Assembly: GCF_001194135.2 (NCBI RefSeq)
Contig: NC_068986.1
Coordinates: 22,698,152 to 22,762,151, forward strand
Length of the DNA: 64,000 bases
DNA from: Octopus bimaculoides
Taxonomy: Eukaryota
Direction: 5' to 3'
Part shown: in pieces, positions 52,564-64,000 of the stretch
How the letters are laid out: the number at the start of each line of letters is the position of its first letter
Position numbering within the stretch: position 1 is the first letter of the stretch
Notes under the pieces: generated by a model
Databases searched by the model: none
Told to the model about the DNA's origin: nothing
The model's input: the letters and a program-made list of their open reading frames with translations, nothing else
Made by a program: the position numbers and the translations under genes

Positions 52564-53620
52564 AGAGTTAACCTAGCAAAAACCAAAGTCTTAGTAAGTA
52601 GGAAGGCGGACAAACCACAAATCGCTTCAGGTAAATGGCCCTGTTCGATCTGTGGAAAAAGCATAGGTAGAAACTCCATAAGATGTACCTGTTGTAAGCT
52701 AAGGACACATAAGAGGTGCAGAAATATCAAAGGAAAGTTAATAGGGAAGATAGTTTTTGCGTGTGGAACATGCGCAGGTACAATAAACACCGAAAATGTA
52801 CAGAAAATAGATTCCATCACATGCCAGGGAGGAAAACTAGAAGTAGTCAATAGCTTCTGTTACCTTGGTGACCAAGTCAGTAGCTGGGGTTGATGCTCTA
52901 AGAGCATAGTTGCTAGAACAAGAATAGGCTGGGCTAAGTTCAGAGAGCTCCTACCTCTGCTGGTAACAAAAGGCCTCTCGCTCAGACTAAAAGGCAGACA
53001 ATATGATGCCTGTGTGTGAACAGTCATACTGCATGGCAATGAAACATGGGCTGTGACTGCTGAGGACATGTGTAGGCTTGTAAGAAATGAAGCTAGTATG
53101 CTCCACTGGATGTGTAATGTCAGTGTGCATGCATGACAGAGGGTAAGTGTCCTGAGAGAAAAGTGGGACATAAGAAGCGTCAGATGAGGTGTGCAAGAGA
53201 GATGACTGCACTGGTATGGGCATGTGTTGTGTATGGATGAGGACAGCTGTATGAAGAAGTGTTGCACTCTAACGCTAGAATCTGTGGAAAAGGTAGACAC
53301 AGGAAAACATGAGATGAGGTGGTGAAGCATGATCTTCGAAAGTTGGGCCTCACAGGGGCAATGACAAGCGACCGAGACCTTTGAAGAGATGCGGTGCTTG
53401 AGAAAACCCATCAAGCCAAGTGTGATCATAGTCATGGCTGATGCCAGTGTCAAGGAACTGGCCTGTTAAAAACGGCCTTCAATCGTTGGTGATATGCTTG
53501 GGAAGATCTGTCAAACTGAGTGAAATTGTAGTCATGGCTGATGCCAGCACTGTCTGACTGGCATCCATGTCAGTAGTATGTAAAAAGCACCATCCGAGCG
53601 TGGTCAATGCCAGTGCTGGG
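52564..53620 (+). mobile_element. 5'-truncated decayed RTE-clade LINE (Cys-rich insert, RT C-terminal region, 3' UTR)
   Basis: VNLAKTKVLV, FCYLGD, RIGWAKFRELLPLL, ETWA and RLHWYGHV motifs, with in-frame stops. Confidence 0.88.
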
Positions 53621-54679
53621 TTAAAATTCAACAGAAACACACACAGAAACACAGACACATGCATACATGTACATGCAACACTCATGGGAGCACACATACA
53701 CATGACACACAGAGATGTATATGTACACACACAGACATACATGTACATACACACACACACACACACACGTGTACATGCACATACAAAAACACACTTTTAT
53801 CTAAATTTTTTCCATTTGAAGAAATTGTTGAATGATAAGAACAAAAAGCTGAAAACATGGAATGGTTTCAAATTTTGGCACAAGGCCAGCAATTTCAGCG
53901 GAGGGGATTACACTGACTCCAGTGTTCAACTGGTACTTATTTTATCGACCCTGAAACAATGAAAGGCAAAGTCGACTTTGGTGAAATTTGAACACAGAAC
54001 ACAAAGACAGATGAAATGCGACTAAATGTCTTGCCCTGTGTGCTAACATTTATTATTTCTTTATTGCCCACAAGGGGCCAAACATAGAGGGGACAAACAA
54101 GGACAGACAAAGGGATTAAGTCGATTACATCAACCCCAGTGCGTAACTGGTACTTAATTTATCGACCTCGAGCCTGGTGTTGCCATCCGGTTTCACCAGT
54201 CCTCAGTCAAATCGTCCAACCCATGCTAGCATGGAAAGCGGACGTTAAACGATGATGATGATGATGAAAGGATGAAAGGTAAAGTCAACCACAGCGGAAT
54301 TTGAACTCAGAACATAATGGCAGACGAAATGCTGCAAAACATTTCGCCTGGCATGCTAACGTTTCTGCCAGCTCGCCACCTGTGTTCTAACGTTTCTGCC
54401 AGATTGGAAACTTGTAACAAGAAGATGAGCTAGCAGAACTGTTAGCATGTTGGAGATAAAACTTGGCAGCATTTCTTCCAGCTTTAGATTCTGCTTCAAA
54501 TTCCACTGAGATCAACTTTGCTTTTCATCCTTTCAAGGTTGATAAAATAAATACCAATGAAGCATCAAGGTTGATGTATTTGGTCAGACCCTTTCTTAAA
54601 AGACTTGTGCCTATAACAGAAAGAATAATTAAACTAGTGACAGGAAATAAGTTATAATTGTTATTATAATTGTAATTAC

Positions 54680-54838
54680 TTGTTAGCATTGACAAGGAAG
54701 TCATGAGGTAACTCTTCAATATAATTGTGTTGAAGTTGTAACATGGTCAAAGAGTTGTTTGTAACAGTTGATGGCAGTCGGCGTATACAATTGTGATGGG
54801 CTCGAAGATCTTGTAGCTTTTGGGCTGTTGTAAATATC
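54680..54838 (-). CDS. PHLPP: PHLPP LRR exon (IFTTAQKLQDLRAHHN...FLVNANK)
   Basis: tgccag|G ... AA|gtaatt. Confidence 0.94.
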
Positions 54839-54886
54839 CTGGCAATGGAGAAATTCAAAGAATATATATATATATATATATACATA

Positions 54887-55010
54887 AGGCAGTCAGTATT
54901 TTGGATAAATCTTTATAAAAGGCAAAGAAATTTTCTGTAAAACTTATCCGAAGTGTCCCCATGAACAGATGAAAGCGCTAATAAAGAACTATCTGAAATT
55001 CTGACTGCCT
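54887..55010. mobile_element. Possible 124-bp MITE
   Basis: Terminal AGGCAGTCAG/CTGACTGCCT with further imperfect pairing; single copy in the window. Confidence 0.35.
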
Positions 55011-55467
55011 CCTTTTTCTTAATATACAATATCTGTACATCACTTCAAACACTCTATACATACATACACACAGAAATTTCCTTGTAATATCATTTTATGC
55101 AAGTAACACTGAACCATTTGACAAAATAATTAAAATCTTGTACATGTATGCTACACTAATAAGGTCCTCTATGTTTTTATAGCATAGCTGTATTGAATAA
55201 ATTTTCTAGTATGCAGATTGCATTAAGATGCTGTTTGCTTGCTGAATCATGCTTTCTTTGCCTTGTACTGAAAATGTCTCACAGTGAAAAACCCACTCAC
55301 CAGGAGACTAAGAAATGTAGAAAGAAATATTTGGTAATATTTTACAATTTATATTTTTGTTCTCTTCTGATATATTTTATAAGAATGGCAAAGATGCATT
55401 TGAGGTGTTTAAAAATTTGGTTGAAATTGATTAAAGATAATCAAATTTACCATCAAGAGAAACTCAC

Positions 55468-55563
55468 AGAATGGGCAAGCGATGTAGCATGTTATGACTA
55501 ACTTCCAGTCTTGCCATGAAGAAACACTCAGCAATCCAGGTGGGGAGGTCACGGATTTTGTTG
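55468..55563 (-). CDS. PHLPP: PHLPP LRR exon (NKIRDLPTWIAECFFMARLEVSHNMLHRLPIL)
   Basis: poly-T cag|C ... CT|gtgagt. Confidence 0.94.
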
Positions 55564-55566
55564 CTG

Positions 55567-55605
<39 letters not shown>

Positions 55606-55779
55606 AAAATTAGGTACAGGTGTGTGGTTAAGAAACTTACTTTATGACCATGTGGTTTTGAGTTCAGTCCCACTGTATGGCACTTTGAACAAGTTTTTTT
55701 CTACAATAGTTCTAGACTGACCAATGGCTTGTGAGTGAATTTTGTTGATGGAAACTGTTTGGAAGTTCATTGTACACCT

Positions 55780-56055
55780 ATCTATATCTGTCTGTCTGGC
55801 AATCTGTCCGTCTGTCTATGCATCCATCCATCCATCTGTCTGTCTGTCCATCCATCCATCTATCTGTCTGTCTGTCTGTCCATCCGTCTGTCTGTCCATC
55901 CATCCATCTATCTGTCTGTCTGTCCATCCGTCTGTCTGTCCATCCATCCATCTATCTGTCTGTCTGTCCANNNNNNNNNNCCATCCATCCATCTATCTGT
56001 CTGTCTGTCCATCCGTCTGTCTGTCCATCCATTCATCTATCTATCTATCTATCTA
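55780..56055. repeat. Higher-order (TCCA/TCTG/TCTA)n tract inside a family C SINE
   Basis: Recurrent ~44-nt compound unit; contains a 10-N gap. Confidence 0.9.
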
Positions 56056-56891
56056 TATATATACACACATAAGCGTGTGTGTGTATGTGTGTGTGTGTGT
56101 GTGTATGTGTGTGTGTGTATGTGTTTATACTACACTGCTCGACAACCAGTGCTGGTTTGTTTATATCTCCATAACTTAGCAGCCAAGCGACTGATAAAAT
56201 AAGTACCAGATTAAAAAAAACAAACAAACAAAAAAAAAAACTACTGGGTCTAGTTGTTTGGCTAAAACCCTTCAAAGCAATGCTCCAGCATGGCTGTAGT
56301 TCAATGGCTGAAACAATTTTAAGACAAAAGATAAACGACCAGTTTATAAATCACTCCTAAAATTTCTTTGTTTCAGCAACTATTTTCGGTTTCATTCTTT
56401 TCTCCTGATGATATGGGTAAAACATAAATTTTAAATTAATAAATTATGTATAATCATTATGTAATTATATAAAAGATGATATTTTTATTGTAGTGAAACA
56501 GCTGTTGAGCACAATGAAATTATGAATTAAATGATTTTTTTAATTCTAAATAAACCACTCTTAATAAATGAGTTCTGAAATACTAATGGTAGATATGAAG
56601 TGAACACAGGAAAACTGAACTAAAAGTTAAAAGTTATTAATAAAATCGATATAACTTTAAATCAGGTGAATATATTTAAGACAGTATCCACATCTACCAA
56701 CTGCCTCCAAATGTTACCTGTTTCCTACGGATTTTAAATGAAGAAAATACCTTAGTATCAGTAATAATGTTTATAATTCTCTGTCCTCATGTTAACCCAT
56801 TTGTTACCATATTTCTGTTGAAATACACTGGCTTTAATTTGGTTGTGTTTGAAAATAATGAAGACTTCAGCAAATTAACTTTGTCATTATT

Positions 56892-57210
56892 TTGAGCGTG
56901 GCCGTTGCCAGTACCGCCTGACTGGCTCCTGTAGGATTTTCGAGCGAGATCGTTGCCAGTGCCCCTGGACTGGCTTGTGCGGGTGGCACATAAAAGACAC
57001 CATTTCGAGCGTGGCCGTTTTCGTGCGGGTGACACGTAAAAGCACCCACTACACTCTCTGAGTGGTTGGCGTTAGGAAGGGCATCCAGCTGTAGAAACTC
57101 TGCCAAATTAGACTGGAGCCTGGTGTTGCCATCCGGTTTCACCAGTCCTCAGTCAAATCGTCCAACCCATGCTAGCATGGAAAGCGGACGTTAAACGATG
57201 ATGATGATGA
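56892..57210 (+). mobile_element. Family B copy nested in a TTAA MITE
   Basis: ATTATT duplication at 56886-56891 and 57210-57215; the MITE sequence resumes after the (GAT)n tail. Confidence 0.85.
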
Positions 57211-57874
57211 TTATTAAGCTGAAGTTTTAAATATGAATTAACATGAAATTTTGATGGAACGTTTTAATTTAGATAGTTTTAAAACAGGCAGTTTGTATCA
57301 TAGATACAGCCTCAGGTGGATTGCTATCGATAGAATTGAGGAAATTCTGGCATCACAGAAGCCAGTAACTTCAAAGAAATACTGATACAATTTATTTAAT
57401 TCATGCAATTAAATACCAACAATAGGCCTATCATTTTCAAACAACCTCTCATAGAAATCCACAATCACCCCTATTCACAAAATCAATATAACACATTAAA
57501 GCTAGATTCCTCTTCTGCTACTCAAACATTTTACATATTAAAGCGTACATATACTGAACTGCTTTGTAAAAAATAACCAAGTATTTAAGGTGGTGCAGTT
57601 GCAATACACATGCAACGTTGGAGAAAACGTTCTTGATAAATTGTTTATCTGAGAAATGAAAAAAAAAAATGATAAGTAGTGTTTTCTCTGTCAATTCAAC
57701 AGTGATGGTCACTATATGGATTTGTAGCCCTTTTGACTTAATAGCTGTTATGGCATTCATACCTAAATCTATCCTTTACACTCATCTAACCTCTCCTCCA
57801 ATTAATACAGTCTCACTCCATCACACTCTTTTCCATTCTCTCAATAACACCGTCAGTTTAGAAAATAATTTACT

Positions 57875-58103
57875 TTAACCTTTTAGCATTTAAACCGGCC
57901 ATATCTGGCCAAAAGTATTCTGCTTGCTTTATGTTCAAATTGGCCAAATCTGGTCTCTCACACCAACCCTACAATATCGTTTTAAAAATTAACAGCTACC
58001 TCATCAAAATCTCATAGCTACAAGATAATGCATGATTAGTTCAAAACAATGTGGATGAAAAAGCATTAATTTTGGCAGAATAATGCAAACACTAAAGGGT
58101 TAA
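57875..58103. mobile_element. TTAA-flanked MITE (piggyBac-like ends)
   Basis: TTAACCTTTTAGCATT...ACTAAAGGGTTAA; copies in the opposite orientation at 2454-2682 and 62120-62347. Confidence 0.75.
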
Positions 58104-58265
58104 AATACAACAAAAAATTTTCTACATCACATTAGTAAATAAATTCATTGACATTGTCAGTTTGTTCTTGGGGCTGTTTTGTTAGTTGATGTGCATTGGT
58201 GTTTTGGGTATGTAATAGTTACAGTTAATGCATTATGGTAAAAATGAAGAATATGTTTTACTTAC

Positions 58266-58326
58266 TGCGAAAGGTCCATCTCCACAAGCCATTCCGGTTT
58301 GGGTGTGATGTTCAAAGTAGTAAGCT
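58266..58326 (-). CDS. PHLPP: PHLPP exon (ELTTLNITPKPEWLVEMDLSH)
   Basis: tttgtag|AG ... CA|gtaagt; 61 nt, bridges phase 1 to phase 2. Confidence 0.92.
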
Positions 58327-59364
58327 CTACAAAAATAAATTATTAGATAGACATTGAGATTTTCCACACGTTGACTGTACACTCTCTCATCCCCTTCCAT
58401 GACCCCAACACCTGGCATAAAGCCACCCATCCTCACCTCCCCCTCCTAAATACTTCGTTTTAGTAGTGGGACCTCTTCCCTTTCTTTTTCCACTATTCTT
58501 TTATATCTTGCAAGTTTCATGGCAACCTCATCAGTGCTGGTGGCACATAAATAGCATCCAGTACAATGTGTAAAATGGATGGTATTAGGAAGGGTATTCA
58601 AATGTAGAAACCATGCCAGAAATGACACAGCCCTGCTGCTTGCCTGTTTCCTGTCAACCCATGCAACCCGTGTCAGCATGGAAAGCAGACATTAAATGAT
58701 GATAATGATAATGCTGTTCTTGAAGATTAAGGGATTAAGAAGCAAAACATTGATTATGAGTTATACTGGCTGAGAGGATGAAAAGAAAGGTTGGAATTTC
58801 TGTCTGGGAATGTACATATGGTCAGTTGAACATAGAGTGGAGCATACACTGAGAGTGCATTGTATGTAAGTTATATATTAATCAGTATGAGGACACATGG
58901 CCAAGGTGTTGCACCCATGATTGCGAAATCATGCTAGGTGTATTGTGTTGCTCTGCAATCACTGACACCTGACGTGTGGTACATGGTGGACCTGTTCAGA
59001 CAACATCAATTTCGATGGAGAGACTGGACAAATGTACAGCACATATATTTGATCACTATAAACAAACCATTTGTGTAGGTTGTTCAGCAAGAAATTTCAG
59101 AACAGCCTTTCTCAGACTACAGGAGAGAGAGAGAGAGAGACTACCATCATATATAAGTCAATATATTGTAAGTTCCTATCTGTTGTTCTACTCATCCCAA
59201 TGTTATTGGTATTAAAGTATGTTATGAGTAAGGTGGTATAACATGGCTGTGCAGCTTAGTAGGTTGGTTTCCAACCACATGGTTTTAGGCTTATTCCACA
59301 CTGTCTGGTATGGCCTTGGGCTGACTAATTCCTTGTGAGTGGAGTTGGTAGACAGAAATTGTGA

Positions 59365-59595
59365 AGGTGGCGAGCTGGCAGAAACGTTAGCATACTGGGT
59401 GAAATGCTTAGCGGTATTTCGTCTGTCTTTACGTTCTGAGTTCAAATTCCACTGACGTCGACTTTGCCTTTCATCCTTTCGGAGTCAATTAAATAAGTAC
59501 CAGTTACGCACCGGGGTTGATATAATCGACTTAATCCGTTTGTCTGTCCTTGTTTGTCCCCTCTGTGTGTAGCCCCTTGTGGGCAGTGAAAGAAA
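59365..59595 (+). mobile_element. tRNA-derived SINE family E, near full-length copy
   Basis: GGCGAGCTGGCAGAAACGTTAGC...GAGTTCAAATTCC...GACTTTGCCTTTCATCC. Other copies at about 13103-13266(-), 18355-18561(-), 36441-36645(-), 44826-45180(-), 47095-47420(+), 53865-54400(-), 54415-54625(+) and 60490-60626(+). Confidence 0.8.
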
Positions 59596-59620
59596 TTAGA
59601 AAGTGAGAGAAACTTGACAT

Positions 59621-59654
<34 letters not shown>

Positions 59655-59848
59655 CTCTTGTGATTATGTTACTTGCATGCTGTGTAAAAACAAGATCACC
59701 ATCCATACAAATGATGAAGAAGAGGGGAAGAGAAGGAGAAGAAAAACAATGCAGAAGGAGAAAGAGAAGGAGAAGAAAATGAAGAGAAAGAAAAAGAAGA
59801 AAAGAGGGAATAATAATAATAATAATAATATTCTATTGATTCTCTTAC

Positions 59849-60300
59849 CATTGTCCTTGGCATACATGTACTTCAAAGCAACTCCACTCAGCTGTAAGCT
59901 TCGCATCCCATTACGTTCACAGTTAATATAGACTAACCCTTTCAAGGCTCGTATGTCCAAATCCTCAATGCTGTTATCCCTGATGTCCAGATGACTCATG
60001 AATTCCAAACATTGGAACTTTGCAATTTCACTGGGCATCAGTGTTAGTCTATTGAAACGAAAGTCAATCTTTTTCACCAGTTTCATTTGATTTAGAAGGT
60101 TGCCCTGAAGGCGTTCGATGTAGTTTCCTGCCATAATGATACTCTCCATTGTGTCAGAAATGTTGTGAATACGTAACAGCACTGATGGTACAGTTGTGAA
60201 ATAATTGAAGGCCAGAATTAGAACTGATAACTGTTTCATACTGCCCATTTCTTCAGGTAGTGTTGTAAGGTGGTTGTTGTGTAGTCGCAACACTTGTAAC
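59849..60300 (-). CDS. PHLPP: PHLPP large LRR exon (LQVLRLHNNHL...YAKDN)
   Basis: ccatag|G ... G|gtaaga; inside ORF 59664..60317. Confidence 0.95.
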
Positions 60301-61654
60301 CTATGGAGGCAACACAAGGCAATGATTAATGAAGATCATTGAAACAAGGACAGGATTTCAGATTTATAAAATCAAATAAACATACAGCAACATGAAGATA
60401 TTTTCAAAATTTTGAAGTTTTTATTTCTTTTTACTTTAATAAATGTTTATAATGTTAATCTATACTTCTAAAGATTAATATTGTGTTCATTTATTCTGCT
60501 GAGGTCAACTTTGTTTTTCATCCTTTTGGGGGTACTAAAATAAGCACCATTTGAACACTGGGGTCGATATAATCAACTTAGTCCCTCCCCTAAAATTGTA
60601 GGCCTTGTGCCAAAATTTGAAACCAATTGTGTGTTCATTTATTTTTGTGCATGTATTTTTATCCGTAGTATCTTTTCCATGGCTACCCAATGATATTTTT
60701 TTTTATGTAGGCTGGCAAAGATGGATGCACAAAAACTGTCTTCTACTATAACCCTAGGCCAACCAAAGCCTTGTGAATGGATTTGGTAGATAGAAACTGA
60801 AAGAAGCCTACAGTGTGCATGTATGACCCAGCAACAGATCTAGGATGACAACTGAAGGAAAAGCAGCTGCTCTTGCACTTGGCTGATACTCATTTTCACC
60901 TGTGTACAATGGAGCAGCATGAAGTGAAATACCTTGCTCAAGAACACCTCACACTACCTGATTTAGGAACTGAACCCACAACACTGTGATTGTGAACCTA
61001 ACACCTTAACCACTGGGACATGCACCTACACCCACATTAGCTTTCTGCTTATATGTTTATGTAGTGATGTTTACTCAGTCTTAGGATCACTGCTAGGACT
61101 TAATTGGTTTTGTAGAACTGCCATTAGACTCCATCACCCTCCACCATAAAGAGAGAAAGAGCTTAATGAAATGTGAAGCCCAAGTGCTATTTTCAATGTA
61201 AGGAATACACATGAGAAAACATTTCAGATTTTTCAAATAAACTCACATATCCAGCTATGTTGAGAGAATACTGCAGAATTCAAAAGTCTGTCTTTTGATT
61301 ACCTTCTTTAGTATACATAGAGATTTGTTCTAATTAATGAAGCACTGGTGCCGGTGCTATATAAAAAGTTCTGGTGATGGTGCCATGCAAAAAGCACTGG
61401 TGATAGTACCACGTAAAAAATACCCAATATACTCTATAGAGTGGTTGGCATTAGGAAGGGCATCCAGGTGTAGAAATGAAGCTGAAACTGACTATGGAAT
61501 CTGATGCATCTCCTAGCCTTGCCAGCTCCTGTCTGACCATCCAACCCATATCAGCAAGGAAAATGGACATTAAATAATGATGATGATGATGATGAGTAAA
61601 ATTTGTGGCATCATCTCTGTAAATTATAGAATTAAGCGATCTCACTAAATTTAC

Positions 61655-61801
61655 CTGGTTAAGTCAGCTATTGATGGTGGAATCTCTTCCAATTTGTTTG
61701 AGGCCAAATTCAATTCAGTCAAACTCTGCATGCTACATAATGCGGAAGGAAATGATTTCAAATCGTTGTTTGCGAGGTTCAAACTAGTCAAATAGCGAAA
61801 C
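61655..61801 (-). CDS. PHLPP: PHLPP LRR exon (FRYLTSLNLANNDLKSFPSALCSMQSLTELNLASNKLEEIPPSIADLTR)
   Basis: ttttcag|G ... AG|gtaaat; LxxLxLxxN repeats. Confidence 0.93.
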
Positions 61802-63455
61802 CTGAAAAGAAACAAACAATCAAACAATAAAAATAATCATTAGCAATACAACAATCATTCAATATTGAAGCAATGGCTAATTTGAATTACAAAAATTCCT
61901 GGTTTTGTAAGCGGGAAGGTTTTGTCTTTGTCTGCAGTAGGTCACAATTTCTTGTTTTCTGGGAAAAACAGTAAAGCTGATCTCCATTACATTTGCATTT
62001 AAAATATGTGAGACCACAAAGTCAATAAGGAGCTCTATTTCACAAAACAAACGATGCAAAGTCTTTTGTCGGATATTCTAATCAATTTGTCAATGAATTG
62101 ATTTAAGTCTATCGGCAGCTTAACCCTTTAATGTGCGGTTTACTCAGTTAAATATAATGGTTATTTATTTACATTGTTTTGAATTAATCAAACTTAATCT
62201 CATAGCTTCAGCATTTCTATGATGTGATTGTTTATTTTCAGAATGACATTGTAAGATAGGTGTGAGAGGCCAGATATAACCAGTTTGAGCATAAAATACA
62301 TAGAATATTTGGGAAGGATATGGCCAGTTTAAATGCTAATGGGTTAACACTACTTAGAAAGCTTTAAATTAAAATCAAATGGTGAGCTAAGGCAGTTGAT
62401 ATTTCTTATGTGCAACTCCTTCATATATATATATATATATATATATATANNNNNNNNNNNNNNNNNNNNNNNNNNNNNNNNNNNNNNNNNNNNNNNNNNN
62501 NNNNNNNNNNNNNNNNNNNNNNNNNNNNNNNNNNNNNNNNNNNNNNNNNTTTTCTTTTAAGGCATTCAAGCAATAGAAAAGATTTTCTAAACCCTTAAAT
62601 TATATCAAAAAATATCTGGGACTCACCGATATATTTCCTGTGAAGAACAAGTGTGCTTTGAAGTATGATTTGAAAACCACTGACTTAAATAATATAGACA
62701 TAATAATCTCTATAATTACCGTTTCTGGTTAAAAGCACACCATGTTCATGTATTTATAAGACTTGCAAGATGGTCATGTTTTTGACTGAGTTATTGACAG
62801 TGTGGTTTCTGTACTTAACGTCAATCTATCCATCCTTTTGTCCGTTTGTCTGTACATCCATCTGTCCGCCTGTCAGTCATTCTGGCTAACAGTCTAGCGA
62901 TTTTTCTACTAACTATTCTGTCATTCAGCTTTCAATAAATTCTTTCCTTTATTTTATTTATTCTTATTTTGTGCTTCAATTTGTGCAAATTAACATCGTT
63001 GATTAAAAAATTTTAAGGAGTCATCCTCAGAGTCACTGTACATCTGGTGTTGAAAGTGATAGAAGAATATTTAACTTGATACAGAACAAATATTCCAAGG
63101 GACTTCGTTCATAAAGTACAGGTTTCCCCCATTTTCTTGATAACAATATATTCTTATTGAACCTTTTCTCTTCTACTATCATTTCTTTGATTCTATAATT
63201 TCTTTTCTCACTCCACTTCTCCAGACATCGATAAATTCATCAATCGATTCATCCATCCATCCAACAATTCTTTTCTATGTACCATTCTATCTCTCTTCCT
63301 TCATTTATTTCGTTTCCCCTCTTCATTCTTTCTTTCCTTCCTTCCTTTTCCCTTTCCTCTATCATCCACCCTAGAAGCAAGTTTCATATATAAAAGATAT
63401 ACAATCATAGGTTGCTCCTAAAAGAGAAATAATTCCCATCCCTGTTCAAACATAC

Positions 63456-63631
63456 CTGGGTAAATCATCCAACCAACCCATAGTGTGAATGTCTTCTTCA
63501 AGAGGTCGTTCTTTTAAGACGTTATGTCGCAGGTTTAGAGTCCTCAGATCTTCATTAATAAAAATGGTGTCTGGTAGAAATTCTAAATTGCATTTGGATA
63601 AGTCTGCCTTGGTTGGAAGTTTAGCTGTTGC
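63456..63631 (-). CDS. PHLPP: PHLPP, first exon in window (ATAKLPTKADLSKCNLEFLPDTIFINEDLRTLNLRHNVL...WLDDLPR), start of LRR region
   Basis: ttactag|GCA ... AG|gtatgt. Matches the post-PH-domain segment of PHLPP; found by hand. Confidence 0.9.
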
Positions 63632-64000
63632 CTAGTAAAAGAGAATAAAACATGATAGCTGTTAAATCACTTTAATTAAAGATACAAATTTACACATCTG
63701 CATTTCAGCAGAGACCGTAATGTAGCAAATTAATGAATTCAGTACATACTTTCACAAACTGACTAAACAGATAAACATATACAGAATTACGTAAATGATA
63801 AGCTGCTTGGTAAATTATGTAATTATGATAGCTTGTTTATCGTCAGAAATTGTATGTAAAAATGAATTGTATATTTGGTTCCAACAAAATACAACAGCAC
63901 ATGATTTTGGAGCTCATGACGATTTGAACTTAGAATAATACAGTAGTAGTAGTAGTGGTAGGGGGGCATGTGCTGTAACAGCACGTCGCTGCATCCACCA

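Noticed and set aside
58233-58436. ORF-track protein MRMGG...YSSFLP
   Set aside because: Wrong frame; the true PHLPP exon is 58266-58326 in another frame.
62385-62425. Possible mariner-type TIR remnant beside a (TA)n tract and gap
   Set aside because: No partner TIR or transposase sequence is visible, and the adjacent sequence is missing.
62992-63045. Minus-strand cag|ATG MYSDSEDDSLKFFNQRC* in a PHLPP intron
   Set aside because: Only 17 codons, out of phase with the flanking exons, and without a convincing donor.
34462-63631. PPxY/LPxY motif in PHLPP that would make it a direct ligand of the neighbouring WW ligase
   Set aside because: None was found in the reconstructed part of the protein; the N-terminus lies outside the window.

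Overview
AT-rich, intron-rich animal genomic DNA with scaffold N-gaps. The repeat content suggests a coleoid cephalopod, probably Octopus; this is inference. Two convergent protein-coding genes were reconstructed by hand from GT-AG boundaries with phase checks, and both have their 5' ends outside the window. (1) On the + strand is a NEDD4-family HECT E3 ligase of the WWP1/WWP2/ITCH/Su(dx) type, with 14 exons over 4191-23491 encoding four WW domains and a complete HECT domain. (2) On the - strand is PHLPP, with 13 exons over 63631-34462 encoding LRRs, a degenerate PP2C-like domain and a low-complexity tail ending in S-Y-L. The introns hold several tRNA-derived SINE families, RTE and HERO-type LINE fragments, a decayed full-length mariner, TTAA-flanked MITEs, a tRNA-Thr-like sequence and microsatellites. 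The most unusual item is a tRNA-headed SINE-like element (two copies) carrying a Penelope-type minimal hammerhead ribozyme motif, each copy with an inverted partial copy on its 5' side. Repeat boundaries are approximate; exon boundaries were counted by hand.
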